Position numbers and translations under genes: made by a program | DNA from: Candidatus Thalassarchaeum sp. | GTDB taxonomy: Archaea > Thermoplasmatota > Poseidoniia > Poseidoniales > Thalassarchaeaceae | Assembly: GCA_016777225.1 (NCBI GenBank) | Contig: JADHRW010000007.1 | Coordinates: 5,798 to 69,797 of the forward strand | Direction: 5' to 3' | DNA: 64,000 bases | Notes under the pieces: model-generated | What the model saw: only the letters and a program-made list of their open reading frames with translations | The model's database searches: none | Told to the model about the DNA's origin: nothing | Shown here: one piece after another, positions 54,454 to 64,000 of the stretch | Layout: every line of letters starts with the position of its first letter | Position numbering within the stretch: position 1 is the stretch's first letter

Positions 54454-55018
54454 GATGAGACTTAATTGCCTCCTTAACGATATGATTAATTATCAACTGG
54501 ATATCTTCGATTCTTTCCATTGATTCTGTTGGTGCTACTACCGCAACATCAACTAAAGCAACTATTTTCCCTCCAGACATACCTTTGTAATTACCAGTGA
54601 TTGCAGCAGTTCTGCAACCATTTTCTTTAGCGTAGTTAATACCATTAATCACATTAGATGAGTTTCCTGAGCCAGTGTAAGCTACAACTAAGTCTCCGGT
54701 TCTAATGAATGTAGAAAGTTGGCCGACAAATACGTTAGAATACTCACTATCATTAGCCCAAGCAGTAAATGAAGAAATATTATCTGTATGAGCAATAGTT
54801 CTTAGATTCAATTCTTTAGACCAATCACCTGCACTATGAGATGGTGTAGCAGCACTACCTCCATTACCTATGAAATGCACACTTCCTCCTTCTTTACGAG
54901 TTAATTCAACTAACTCCCAAAATCCTTCTAGCGAAACCATGGATATGTCGTCAAGAGCCTGCTTTAAATCGCCAATATATGAGCCAGCAAAGTCAGAAAA
55001 ATCGAATCCCATGGACAA
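54443..55018 (-). CDS. gmhA: SIS-domain phosphoheptose isomerase (GmhA-like)
   Basis: 'HFIGNGGSAATPSHSAGD' and 'LVVAYTGSGNSSNV' are typical of GmhA/SIS. Confidence 0.7.
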   Translation of the reverse strand: MSMGFDFSDFAGSYIGDLKQALDDISMVSLEGFWELVELTRKEGGSVHFIGNGGSAATPSHSAGDWSKELNLRTIAHTDNISSFTAWANDSEYSNVFVGQLSTFIRTGDLVVAYTGSGNSSNVINGINYAKENGCRTAAITGNYKGMSGGKIVALVDVAVVAPTESMERIEDIQLIINHIVKEAIKSHHGL

Positions 55019-55055
55019 ACCCCGAGTGTACGGATGAGGGCATCCTATTTACGAG

Positions 55056-56057
55056 TTGAGCGTAGTAGGAGTACCAATGGAGGAGCCTATCGGACTTATC
55101 GTCTCTAATATCGGAGATGCTATTGGAGTGAATAAGATGGCTCTAGAATTAGCAATTATAATGATTGGAGGACTCTTTTTAGGCCTTAGTTTCTATCTTT
55201 CGAAAAACAAAATATCAAGTTATTACGCAGCAATAGGTTGGGTTTTAGTTGGGATTTACTTCTATTTACAATCTGATCATTATGTTGAAATTTCAGACCC
55301 CGTTTTAATCCTAATGACAGCCAGTGCTTTACCAGGAGGTATCGCATTAGCAGTTTGGGAAATAAAAACCAAAGAGACACCAGATGCATTACAATGGTTA
55401 AGAGGTTGTTTTACATGGGCAATCATCCCATATTTCGTGATATTTAGCGTACCATATCTAAATATGGCTTTGATACAATTTACGGCAGAAAGTACTGAAA
55501 TAATGTTAGAATTTGCAGGATTAGGGAATTATCATATCGGAGAAATGATGGTAGCTCTGGATGATGGAAGAGATATTCCAGTTTCAGAATGGGATGGTAA
55601 TAAATGGATACTAACTGAATCATTAGCAGAGGAAGGATTCTATGTTCAGTTCTTCAATGCTGATGGAATAGTAATTGTTCAATTCATTATGGCTTGCTCG
55701 GGTCTACAATCAATGATTATATTTGTAGGAGCAATTGGAGCACTAAGTTCTGTTTCTTTGAAGAGAAGAGCGAGAGGTCTTTTGATTGCATTACCTACAA
55801 TTCATGTTCTGAATATGTTCAGAAATGCAGGGATAGTTTGGTTAACAGAAACTTATCCTGAATGGTCCTTGATGGGTATAGGAATGTTCGATTTCACACA
55901 TAGTTACGCTGCCAAAGCAATTTCATTATTTGCAATGTTCTTAATGGCTATTGCATTGTTTGATTTACTACCAGAATTACATAAACATATTATGAAAATC
56001 TTAGACCCAATATTTGATGCTGTAGATAAAATTAGAGGGACTACTAAATCATCTTGA
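55056..56057 (+). CDS. Archaeosortase (exosortase/archaeosortase-family transpeptidase)
   Basis: Polytopic, 333 aa. It has the conserved triad context: Cys in 'FIMACSGLQSM', Arg in 'NMFRNAGIVW' and His in 'FDFTHSYAAK'. Confidence 0.7.
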   Translation: MSVVGVPMEEPIGLIVSNIGDAIGVNKMALELAIIMIGGLFLGLSFYLSKNKISSYYAAIGWVLVGIYFYLQSDHYVEISDPVLILMTASALPGGIALAVWEIKTKETPDALQWLRGCFTWAIIPYFVIFSVPYLNMALIQFTAESTEIMLEFAGLGNYHIGEMMVALDDGRDIPVSEWDGNKWILTESLAEEGFYVQFFNADGIVIVQFIMACSGLQSMIIFVGAIGALSSVSLKRRARGLLIALPTIHVLNMFRNAGIVWLTETYPEWSLMGIGMFDFTHSYAAKAISLFAMFLMAIALFDLLPELHKHIMKILDPIFDAVDKIRGTTKSS

Positions 56058-59000
56058 ACGAAGTTGTTCGTATAATTTTCCAGTCAAAGGCATATCGTGT
56101 TCCCAAGCAAATTCCTTCATTACTCTGAGGGCTTCCTTTTCTAAATCAGAATCACCGACGAAATCGGTCACTTCGATGACACCATCTTTTGTATTGGCTT
56201 TGAACGCTGCAATAGGCTCTTCTTTATGGAATACCATATATGCAGAACCAAAACCAAATCTTTCTCTTAGAAGGCTGCCAAAGTAATGTATCAATGGGTC
56301 AGAAGGAGGGATAACAAGATCTCGAGTTTTTCTAATCCCCTTGAGCCCTTCAAGAATATCCTGTCTCCCCCAACAAATATCTTGTAAATCATCTACAAGG
56401 AAACCTTTGATTAATGTCCCATCTGATTCGAAATCGTGCATAACATCACTTATTTCTTCTGCAGAGAATGCAGAACCGGCGAGTCTCTCCACCTGTTTCA
56501 GAGAAATTACTGGATATTCACTAACTAACCCCCTGATATATTCTGATTTAACATCCCATAAATCTGAATCATTATTCGGACTAATTGTCTTGAAACCTCC
56601 TCTATAATCTTGTATCAGATGACCACTTCTTACTAATGGAGATATTAACTTCCTAAATTCAGCTCTTTTCATGGCATGCCTTTCCATAAAGATAATTGGA
56701 TCATGATGCTCTCTGAAAAATTGAAGAATATCTTCGTCTTCATCATTTGCCTGTAAATTACGTATAGTTAATAATTTCTCGAAATGAGTTTTTCTACCCC
56801 AGACTAAATGGCCACGTAAATTTGTACCTTGAGCTAATTGGTGAGCCGCCGCCATTGCCTTTAGATTTACTCTGAACATCTCACAACGGCCTCTGAGTGC
56901 GAAATCATCTCTTAATTCATCCATCTTTTCCAAAGCTAATGTTTCATTCTCATGCCTTGAGTTTTGGTGTAATTGATGATGATAGAAAAGCATTCTATTA
57001 ACTTCCTGTCTTGTCCTGGGTTCTACTACTCCACCACGAATATATCGTTCACCATCTCCCATTGATGTGAAGCCCAGTTCGGCTAATATCTTCTGTATAT
57101 TTTCATCACAGTCGTGTACAGGAATAGAATTGAATGCATGTAAAACAGATACATCTACTAAACGATCTCTATAATTGTCTAATAATTCATTAAATGTATC
57201 TTTGAACTCATCCAAGTAAGAGTGAGGGATATTTATATCTTTAATTTCTAGATAATCATTAACTACAAACATCAGTATACGACCTATTGGATCCACTCCC
57301 TTGAATACTGGATGATACCAACCCTGTTTCAAAATTAAACGAACTTCTTGGATAAATCTACTACAGAATGGGTCGGACTGAGATAGAATCCTCATACCTC
57401 TATCTTCGACTAATGGTTGAAGTAATAATTCTGCATCTTCTTGTGATGCATAGTAATCAGTTGGGTCTGGTTGTAAGGCAACAATTCTTCTAATCTTCTT
57501 TGATTCATCTAAGTCTCTAAGAACTTCGGCCAATTCTTCAACTGGCCTACTAACAAAGAAGCGTAATGTATGTAATCTTACAGGACCTATTGCTTCAATT
57601 AATTGCTTGACTGCACTAGCAAAATCTAATGGTTCAACAACTTCATGTATTTTATGGAAAACAGCCAATGAACGTTTTCTGTTCGGTAATACTACATATT
57701 GTTTCGCTACAATTAGTTGACGCTCTAAATTATTCAGAGCACTCTTGAGACTTCTTTGAATGTGTGCATTTTCTTTTCCTTTAGGATAACCATCGAATAA
57801 CTCTGTTCTGGATAAACCTTCAGGTGGAATTTTATCTAATAATTCTTGCTCTAGGTTACCAATCCAAGGTTCGCCCCTAAGACCCAAAAACATTGGAATT
57901 TGGTCCTTCATTGTATATCCAACGCGATTGTGTAATAATCTTCCATTGAATATAGATGAATCATGCTTAATGTCTTTCCAATCTCTGAATCTATAATTCT
58001 TAACTCTATGAAGCAACTCATCTCTACGCTGTACAAGAGTTAAATTTCTAATAGCATCAGAAGGTTCATCATATTCTTTGAATGATTTTGTGAGAAGATG
58101 ATTTTGAAGTGTCCTATAATCTACAACCTCAACACTGCCACCAGTAATTCTATATTCATCTACTCGAAGAATATATTCTCCTTCTTCGGTTTGAGTGAAG
58201 AACCCAATTGATACTAAATTTTTCATTTCTAATTCTTGTAAAACTGCCTCAACTTGGGCTTTAGGGAATGGTAAACGTCCACATAAGCTATCAGATACTT
58301 GAGGTCCCTCGGAACCAAGCATATCGAGTAATTTCATTCTCAAGCAATCTTGTGGATCAGAAAGGTTCTTTGTTTTCCATTCATTTATTACTAATTTTCC
58401 ATCACTACCAACAGAATAATCATTGCCTACTTGGTAAGTTAGTCCACCAGTGTAGAGCTCTCTGATATCTTCAAGTTCAGAACCGCCGGCAACTGAAAGA
58501 CAACCTAGAGTTCCATGAACATCAGCCATCCTCATTGAAAACCATTTATTATCGATTTGTTCATGTCCTGTTCCTTGGACTTTAGTTATCAATTTACGTT
58601 CAACTAATTCATGGACCCATTCTCTAATTACTTCAATATCTATGTCCTTTAATTTATGCTCATACAAGGGGTTGGATAATTCTTTATTTAGACCGCCGCC
58701 CAAATCCATTAATCTTAGGAGTCCGTTCGCATTGATTGGCTCAGATATCTTAGAACGGTAATAATCAGCCATTCGTGATTTATCGAGATCGGTGGCTAAT
58801 GAACGAGCACCCAATAAGCGTCGCAAAATCTCTGGATCAACGTCCTTGATTAAGTAGGCTCGAGTCCTTAGAGACAATAGATCTTCAAATGAAGACATGA
58901 ATAATGTCATCCCTAATGGAGACGGCATTTTCACTCTTCGATGAACAATACGTACATTTTCACTATCCATACGATTAATGAAAATTTCAAGCTGTTTCAT

Positions 59001-61355
59001 ATCAAGATCAGTATGGAGAATCTCATTCATAGTTTCACGAATTAATACTGAATCTTCCATTTGCCTGTGCTTTTGCATAATTTGTTCTGCTCTCTGTTGG
59101 AATTGTTTAGGACTTACTTCTTCCGCCCCTATTCGGCGTGGATTAAGCATACTTCTACTAGAAATTTCACGGAATCTCTTAGCGAAAAGTTGAGATTCCA
59201 TCATATGTTTTTGGAGAACATCTTTACTATTTCCCTGCTTGAAAATTTCAGGTATTAAAGCGATTTCAACTTCATGACTTAACTTAATCATGAAACCATT
59301 CTCATCAAATGAAAGCTCGTGGACTAATATGTTATCATTAGTTGCAATGCCTGCAAAAAGATGACCTAATGCTAAATTAAATGCTCTACCACGGCAAGTA
59401 GTGACAATATAAGTTGGAAGTGGGGCTTCGACTTGTTCAACTAAAATTAAATCATTACCAGGTACTTGGAATGTAGTCGCAACGTGTTCTTGGAAAAATC
59501 CTGAGATAGCATGAGCCACTGGTCTATTAAGACCCAAGATATCTGTAAAGATAGTCATTGGATCTTTTTCTAGACGTGTATAAGTTGCAACTTCTTCTAA
59601 TAACTCCAATACTTCTTGGCTTAACTCATGAGTTCTACTATTAGCTTCACCTGTCCATGAAGGGATTGTAGGTCTGTAACCGGTAGCCGGAGTAACATTA
59701 ACCCTAGTCCCTCTAATATTGCTCACTCTGTACGTAGATCCACCTAGAAGGAATACATCACCATTTCTCAGACTAGAAACGAAACTTGATGAAAGTTGAC
59801 CAACCATCGTCCCATCAGAAGTGAAAACCAGAAAATTATTATTAGGAGCTATGGTTCCTATATTCGTATAGTAAATCATTTGAGCAAAACCGCGCTTACC
59901 AAATTTATTATCTTCCCAATCAATCCAAATTCTTCTTTCATCTTCTAACAAGTCAAGAACTTCGATATAATCATCGTAAGGAAGGTTCCTATATGGCCAA
60001 GAAGCCGTAGCTAATTCGTAAGCATCATCAATATCCCATTCTTTAATAATAGATAAGCCGATTAAGAATTGTGCCAGAACATCAAGACAATTTTCAGGGA
60101 ATTTTAGTATATCCATTGAACCTCTAAGGATACCAGTTTGAAGTGCAACAATTTCTAGAAGGTCATGAGGAGATATTGGAAGAAATCTTGCACGTGGTAA
60201 ACCGTCAACTTGGTGTCCCGCACGACCAATCCGTTGTAATGCAGTAGCAATACTTCCAGGTGAACCTACTTGAATTACCAAATCAACTGAACCTATATCA
60301 ATACCCATTTCAAGGCTGCTAGATGAGACTACACATCTAAGATAACCATTTTTCAAACGCTGTTCAACGTCAAGACGTATTGCTTTGTCCATAGAACCAT
60401 GATGGCCTTCAACCCCTAGGAGTCCTGCGATTTTCAATTTCTGAACAACCGTCTCAGTCATATTCCTTGTATTAACGAAAACCAAGGTAGTTGTGTGGGC
60501 TTCTACTAATTCTTTAATTCGATTAACATTATGATCTAAAATCTCTTTAATAGGGGTAGATGCAAATCTAGGAGTTGGTAAAATAATATCAAGATCAAGT
60601 TCACGAGAACCCGAAATCTTAGCTATTGTTACTTTTTGAGGATTTACCTCGCTGTCACGACTATCCGATGCCACTAGATATTCAGCAACAGCATCCAATG
60701 GCTCCATAGTTGCACTAATTCCAATTCTTTGAACATTTGAATCAATAACTGTATCCATTAATGCAAGGCTCAGAGATAAATGTGTACCTCTCTTAGTTGG
60801 CACTAGTGAGTGCATCTCATCTATAATCATCCATTTCATATCATTAAGAATCGGCCTGAATCTTTTACTTGCTAGTGCTAGACCAAGTGATTCAGGTGTT
60901 GTAATTAAAATATGAGGCGGCTTTCTAAGCATTCTTTCTCTATCTTTCTGCGGAGTATCACCTGTTCGTAAACCGACTGTAATGTCCTTTGCACGGGATG
61001 GTAAGTAACTATCTTTAATTTCGGTCAATGGGCCAATTAAATTCTTTTGAATATCATTCGCAAGTGCTTTGATAGGCGAGATATACATGCATTGAACCGA
61101 ATTATCTAAAGTACCATCTAATGACCTACTGACTAAATCATTAATCACAGTAAGAAAAGCGGTTAGTGTCTTTCCAGAACCTGTTGGAGAACATAATAAA
61201 AGATGCTCACCTTTCATTATACTAGGTATTGCTACTTTCTGAGGATGTGTGAAATCAGGAAACTTATCCTTAAACCAATTTCTAACAGGAGGGCATAACT
61301 TCTCTAGGAGTTCCTCAGTCTCCATAACTTCTGTTATATATTCAATTTCAGGCAT
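56049..61355 (-). CDS. lhr: Lhr-family superfamily-2 DNA/RNA helicase, very long form (1768 aa)
   Basis: Helicase motifs 'CSPTGSGKTL', 'DEMH', 'ISAT' and 'QRIGRAGH', with an Lhr-type N-terminus ('VRNWF...THPQ'). Roughly 900 aa lie beyond the helicase core. The last ~250 aa resemble the winged-helix/AlkZ-like C-terminal module ('VIPPSDPLIHYFG...'). Confidence 0.85.
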   Translation of the reverse strand: MPEIEYITEVMETEELLEKLCPPVRNWFKDKFPDFTHPQKVAIPSIMKGEHLLLCSPTGSGKTLTAFLTVINDLVSRSLDGTLDNSVQCMYISPIKALANDIQKNLIGPLTEIKDSYLPSRAKDITVGLRTGDTPQKDRERMLRKPPHILITTPESLGLALASKRFRPILNDMKWMIIDEMHSLVPTKRGTHLSLSLALMDTVIDSNVQRIGISATMEPLDAVAEYLVASDSRDSEVNPQKVTIAKISGSRELDLDIILPTPRFASTPIKEILDHNVNRIKELVEAHTTTLVFVNTRNMTETVVQKLKIAGLLGVEGHHGSMDKAIRLDVEQRLKNGYLRCVVSSSSLEMGIDIGSVDLVIQVGSPGSIATALQRIGRAGHQVDGLPRARFLPISPHDLLEIVALQTGILRGSMDILKFPENCLDVLAQFLIGLSIIKEWDIDDAYELATASWPYRNLPYDDYIEVLDLLEDERRIWIDWEDNKFGKRGFAQMIYYTNIGTIAPNNNFLVFTSDGTMVGQLSSSFVSSLRNGDVFLLGGSTYRVSNIRGTRVNVTPATGYRPTIPSWTGEANSRTHELSQEVLELLEEVATYTRLEKDPMTIFTDILGLNRPVAHAISGFFQEHVATTFQVPGNDLILVEQVEAPLPTYIVTTCRGRAFNLALGHLFAGIATNDNILVHELSFDENGFMIKLSHEVEIALIPEIFKQGNSKDVLQKHMMESQLFAKRFREISSRSMLNPRRIGAEEVSPKQFQQRAEQIMQKHRQMEDSVLIRETMNEILHTDLDMKQLEIFINRMDSENVRIVHRRVKMPSPLGMTLFMSSFEDLLSLRTRAYLIKDVDPEILRRLLGARSLATDLDKSRMADYYRSKISEPINANGLLRLMDLGGGLNKELSNPLYEHKLKDIDIEVIREWVHELVERKLITKVQGTGHEQIDNKWFSMRMADVHGTLGCLSVAGGSELEDIRELYTGGLTYQVGNDYSVGSDGKLVINEWKTKNLSDPQDCLRMKLLDMLGSEGPQVSDSLCGRLPFPKAQVEAVLQELEMKNLVSIGFFTQTEEGEYILRVDEYRITGGSVEVVDYRTLQNHLLTKSFKEYDEPSDAIRNLTLVQRRDELLHRVKNYRFRDWKDIKHDSSIFNGRLLHNRVGYTMKDQIPMFLGLRGEPWIGNLEQELLDKIPPEGLSRTELFDGYPKGKENAHIQRSLKSALNNLERQLIVAKQYVVLPNRKRSLAVFHKIHEVVEPLDFASAVKQLIEAIGPVRLHTLRFFVSRPVEELAEVLRDLDESKKIRRIVALQPDPTDYYASQEDAELLLQPLVEDRGMRILSQSDPFCSRFIQEVRLILKQGWYHPVFKGVDPIGRILMFVVNDYLEIKDINIPHSYLDEFKDTFNELLDNYRDRLVDVSVLHAFNSIPVHDCDENIQKILAELGFTSMGDGERYIRGGVVEPRTRQEVNRMLFYHHQLHQNSRHENETLALEKMDELRDDFALRGRCEMFRVNLKAMAAAHQLAQGTNLRGHLVWGRKTHFEKLLTIRNLQANDEDEDILQFFREHHDPIIFMERHAMKRAEFRKLISPLVRSGHLIQDYRGGFKTISPNNDSDLWDVKSEYIRGLVSEYPVISLKQVERLAGSAFSAEEISDVMHDFESDGTLIKGFLVDDLQDICWGRQDILEGLKGIRKTRDLVIPPSDPLIHYFGSLLRERFGFGSAYMVFHKEEPIAAFKANTKDGVIEVTDFVGDSDLEKEALRVMKEFAWEHDMPLTGKLYEQLRSR

Positions 61356-61535
61356 TTTATCTACACCGCGAACCGAAGCGTATCGATTGAGTACTTATAG
61401 TATTGGATTAAATAAATACTCTATAAGTCAACCTAATTATTCACTACGACAATAAAAAATCATCTAATAATCAGTTCATAAAGCATTCATCTAAGGATGG
61501 CTTGAAAGGTAAACGCTGGCTCAAAGGTCCATAAT

Positions 61536-63254
61536 ATGACAGATGAGAAGCGTATTGAGAGGCTCTCAGCAATGCTGAAACGCAGAGGAATTATCCTCCC
61601 TGCATTCGAAATATATGGCGGCGTATCTGGATTAATCGATTATGGACCCGTTGGAGCATCGATTAAAAGAAAAGTCATTCAGAACTGGATAGAGCACTGG
61701 ACTATTAACGGAGATATCGTCGAGATAGATTCACCAACAATTACTCCCGAACCTGTATTGATTGCAAGTGGTCACGTAGGTGAATTTAATGATTTAATGA
61801 CACAGTGTGAGAAATGTTCTAGTGCATTCAGGGCCGATCAATTAGCAGAAAATTACCATCCAAATCCTGATATATTAGGAGCAGAAGAAATTGACCACAT
61901 CCTAGATTCTAATGAAATCGAATGCCCTAATTGTGGTGAAAAAAAATGGACTCCTGCTAGGCCTATGAATCTAATGTTTGGGACGAAAATAGGAGCGATG
62001 AAAGCTAGTAGACAAGCATACATGAGGCCTGAAACGGCTCAAGGAATGTTCATGCTATACCCTTCATTATACCGTCACTTCAGACAAAAACTACCATTTG
62101 GAGCGATTCAAACCGGTAAAGGGTATAGAAATGAAATTAGCCCTAGGCAAGGAATGATTAGATTAAGAGAATTCAACATGGCAGAATTAGAATATTTTAT
62201 AGATCCAGAAAATCCACCAATAACTGATATTTCAATGAAGAAAGAAAAAATTTCTTTAATTCCGGATCCAAAAGAAAACGAACATGAAGTGGTTAGTATT
62301 TCATTTTCTGATGCAATTAGTCAAGGCATCTTGAAAGATCAGACTGTTGCATATTTCTTATCAAGAACATGGGATTTCTTAATCAGCGTAGGTATTAAAC
62401 CCTCAAAAATAAGATTTAGACAGCATGAAGGAACAGAAATGGCACATTATGCACAAGATTGTTGGGATTGTGAAATATTAGGTGAGCATGGTTGGATTGA
62501 ATGTGTTGGTATTGCTAATAGAACATGTCATGATTTACAGTCACATGAAAAATATTCTAACTCTAATTCTTTGAGAGCATGGAGAGAATTTGTAGAGCCA
62601 AAAATCGAATCAAAAGAAGTATTGGCCCCTAAAACTTCGATATTAGGCCCAATATTTAGAGCAAAAGCAGGACTTGTTTTAGAGGCTCTAAGTGAATTAA
62701 GTGAATTACCAAATCAACTACCATTTGATCTATTAATTAAAGATGGTACAAAAGTTGAGATAACTGCAGAAATGGTAGAGAGAAAGACTGTTCGAAAAAA
62801 TATTGCAGGAGAATGGTTTACTCCTCACGTAATTGAACCTGCTTTTGGGATTGACAGGATAATCTGGCACATACTAGATCATGCATATGAGGAAACCGAA
62901 AAGGAAGGAGAAAAATATAATCTTTTGAGGTTAACAGAATCGGTCGCACCCGCTGATTTAATTGTTTTACCATTATTCGAAAAAGATGGAATGGGAGATT
63001 CTGCAAGAGAATTAAATTTACAGATTAATTCAATGAAAGGTGTCACATCATTAATAGATTCAAGTAAATCAATAGGCAGAAGATATGCAAGGGCAGACGA
63101 AATAGGGATTCCATGGGCATTAACAGTAGACCATACAACGCTAGAAGAGGGAACAGTCACAGTTAGGAGAAGAGATGACCAAAAGCAAGTAAGATGTGAT
63201 ATAAAAGAATTATTAAATCACATTAATTCAGGCAATGTTTCATCTTTATTCTAA
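61536..63254 (+). CDS. glyS: Glycyl-tRNA synthetase (archaeal/eukaryotic alpha2 type)
   Basis: 'YMRPETAQGMF', 'GKGYRNEISPRQGMIRLREFNMAELEYF' and 'EPAFGIDRI' are present. Confidence 0.9.
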   Translation: MTDEKRIERLSAMLKRRGIILPAFEIYGGVSGLIDYGPVGASIKRKVIQNWIEHWTINGDIVEIDSPTITPEPVLIASGHVGEFNDLMTQCEKCSSAFRADQLAENYHPNPDILGAEEIDHILDSNEIECPNCGEKKWTPARPMNLMFGTKIGAMKASRQAYMRPETAQGMFMLYPSLYRHFRQKLPFGAIQTGKGYRNEISPRQGMIRLREFNMAELEYFIDPENPPITDISMKKEKISLIPDPKENEHEVVSISFSDAISQGILKDQTVAYFLSRTWDFLISVGIKPSKIRFRQHEGTEMAHYAQDCWDCEILGEHGWIECVGIANRTCHDLQSHEKYSNSNSLRAWREFVEPKIESKEVLAPKTSILGPIFRAKAGLVLEALSELSELPNQLPFDLLIKDGTKVEITAEMVERKTVRKNIAGEWFTPHVIEPAFGIDRIIWHILDHAYEETEKEGEKYNLLRLTESVAPADLIVLPLFEKDGMGDSARELNLQINSMKGVTSLIDSSKSIGRRYARADEIGIPWALTVDHTTLEEGTVTVRRRDDQKQVRCDIKELLNHINSGNVSSLF

Positions 63255-63289
63255 CGAATCTTCAATAAGTGCCAACTTAAGCAACGACC

Positions 63290-64000
63290 GTGGACGAACA
63301 CTTGGTCGAAGATTGGACTGAGCGATATAGACCAGCATCGATAGAAAGAATGGAAGGTAATGAGTCTCAATTGAGAAGAATAAAGATTTGGCTAGAACAA
63401 TGGGATTCGCCAAATCCACCAGCGAAAAGGGGTATTTTACTATCTGGACCACCAGGTGTTGGAAAGACTACATTGGCTAAAGCCATAGGCAATGAAAAAG
63501 GATGGACAGTCATAGAATTAAATGCCTCTGAAGAAAGAAATGCTGCAGCCATAAGAAAAGCGGCAACCAGAGGTTCACAACATATTTCATTAGACCAATT
63601 CTCTGAGAATGCAACTGAAAATGGTAAAACTCTGATATTATTAGATGAAGTAGATCACCTTAGTGGAAGTTTCGCAAAATTAAAAGATAATACTATTGAG
63701 AAGAAAATTGCTGGGGAAGAAGTTAATCTGAAAGGTGATTCAGGTGGAAAAGCAGAGCTTATGAATCTCCTAACAAAGACGCAACAGCCAATTATCATGA
63801 CTTGTAATGACCCAATGAGACTTTGGGGTAGTGGAAGAAATTGGAAAACAAATCAGAATAGATTGCTTAGACTTGCAGAACAGATTATTTTCAAAAGAGT
63901 TGAGAAAGTACATATGAGAAAAATATCTCGAAGAGTTTTAGATACAGAAGGTTATTCAATTGACCCAGAAGCATTAGAAGAATTAATTGGAGGTAATCCT
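63290..64000 (+). CDS. rfcL: Replication factor C large subunit (partial, runs off the 3' edge)
   Basis: The frame is open from 63281. From the GTG at 63290 it reads (M)DEHLVEDWTERYRP...KRGILLSGPPGVGKTTLAKA...IELNASEERN...LILLDEVD. This ORF is not in the ORF track because it is open-ended. Confidence 0.8.
   Translation, partial: MDEHLVEDWTERYRPASIERMEGNESQLRRIKIWLEQWDSPNPPAKRGILLSGPPGVGKTTLAKAIGNEKGWTVIELNASEERNAAAIRKAATRGSQHISLDQFSENATENGKTLILLDEVDHLSGSFAKLKDNTIEKKIAGEEVNLKGDSGGKAELMNLLTKTQQPIIMTCNDPMRLWGSGRNWKTNQNRLLRLAEQIIFKRVEKVHMRKISRRVLDTEGYSIDPEALEELIGGNP

Noticed and set aside
63246-63552. Two minus-strand ORFs (63246..63452 and 63367..63552) after glyS.
   Set aside because: The + frame from 63290 encodes an unmistakable RFC large-subunit N-terminus (WTERYRP, GPPGVGKTT, ELNASE). 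The minus ORFs are its shadows.
1-64000. A scan for tRNA, rRNA, C/D-box sRNA, CRISPR repeats, IS elements, integrases and toxin-antitoxin or defence islands.
   Set aside because: No spacer is long enough for rRNA. I saw no T-arm (GGTTCGAATCC-like) context outside coding sequence, no regularly spaced direct repeats and no transposase or integrase motifs. An eye scan cannot exclude small ncRNAs.

Overview
This is a densely packed, AT-rich stretch of archaeal chromosome. I call about 65 protein genes and see no rRNA, tRNA, CRISPR array, IS element or integrase. Archaeal identity rests on these genes: an S12-S7-aEF-2 cluster; the superoperon of proteasome alpha, SBDS, Rrp4, Rrp41, Rrp42, L37Ae, Pcc1 and prefoldin beta; primase PriS; RFC large subunit (partial at the 3' edge); TiaS; split transketolase; isopentenyl phosphate kinase; and an archaeosortase. 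The accessory content includes a secreted M14 carboxypeptidase, a FadA-type thiolase, an RND/MMPL exporter, a photolyase and futalosine (mqn) genes. That content fits a planktonic marine Thermoplasmatota-like lineage (MGII/MGIII-like), but this assignment is inference only. Most of the window is housekeeping. The observations most worth a second look are listed here. (1) A 159-aa, half-size protein whose motifs match the C-terminal half of eukaryotic deoxyhypusine hydroxylase (two His-Glu metal motifs) abuts an MqnD-like gene with no spacer. (2) A ZnuA-type binding lipoprotein carries an insertion of about 335 aa rich in His, Asp and Cys, with internal tandem repeats, next to a divergent NikR-like regulator. 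(3) A eukaryote-like type-1 IPP isomerase is fused to a GGPP synthase, directly after IPK. (4) A 1768-aa Lhr helicase has a bacterial-style C-terminal module. (5) The 5' leaders of rps12 and aEF-2 share a motif and a helix that sequesters the Shine-Dalgarno (SD) sequence. (6) A (6-4) photolyase/cryptochrome gene is broken by two compensating 1-nt frameshifts. All family assignments come from motif recognition by eye. No searches were run.
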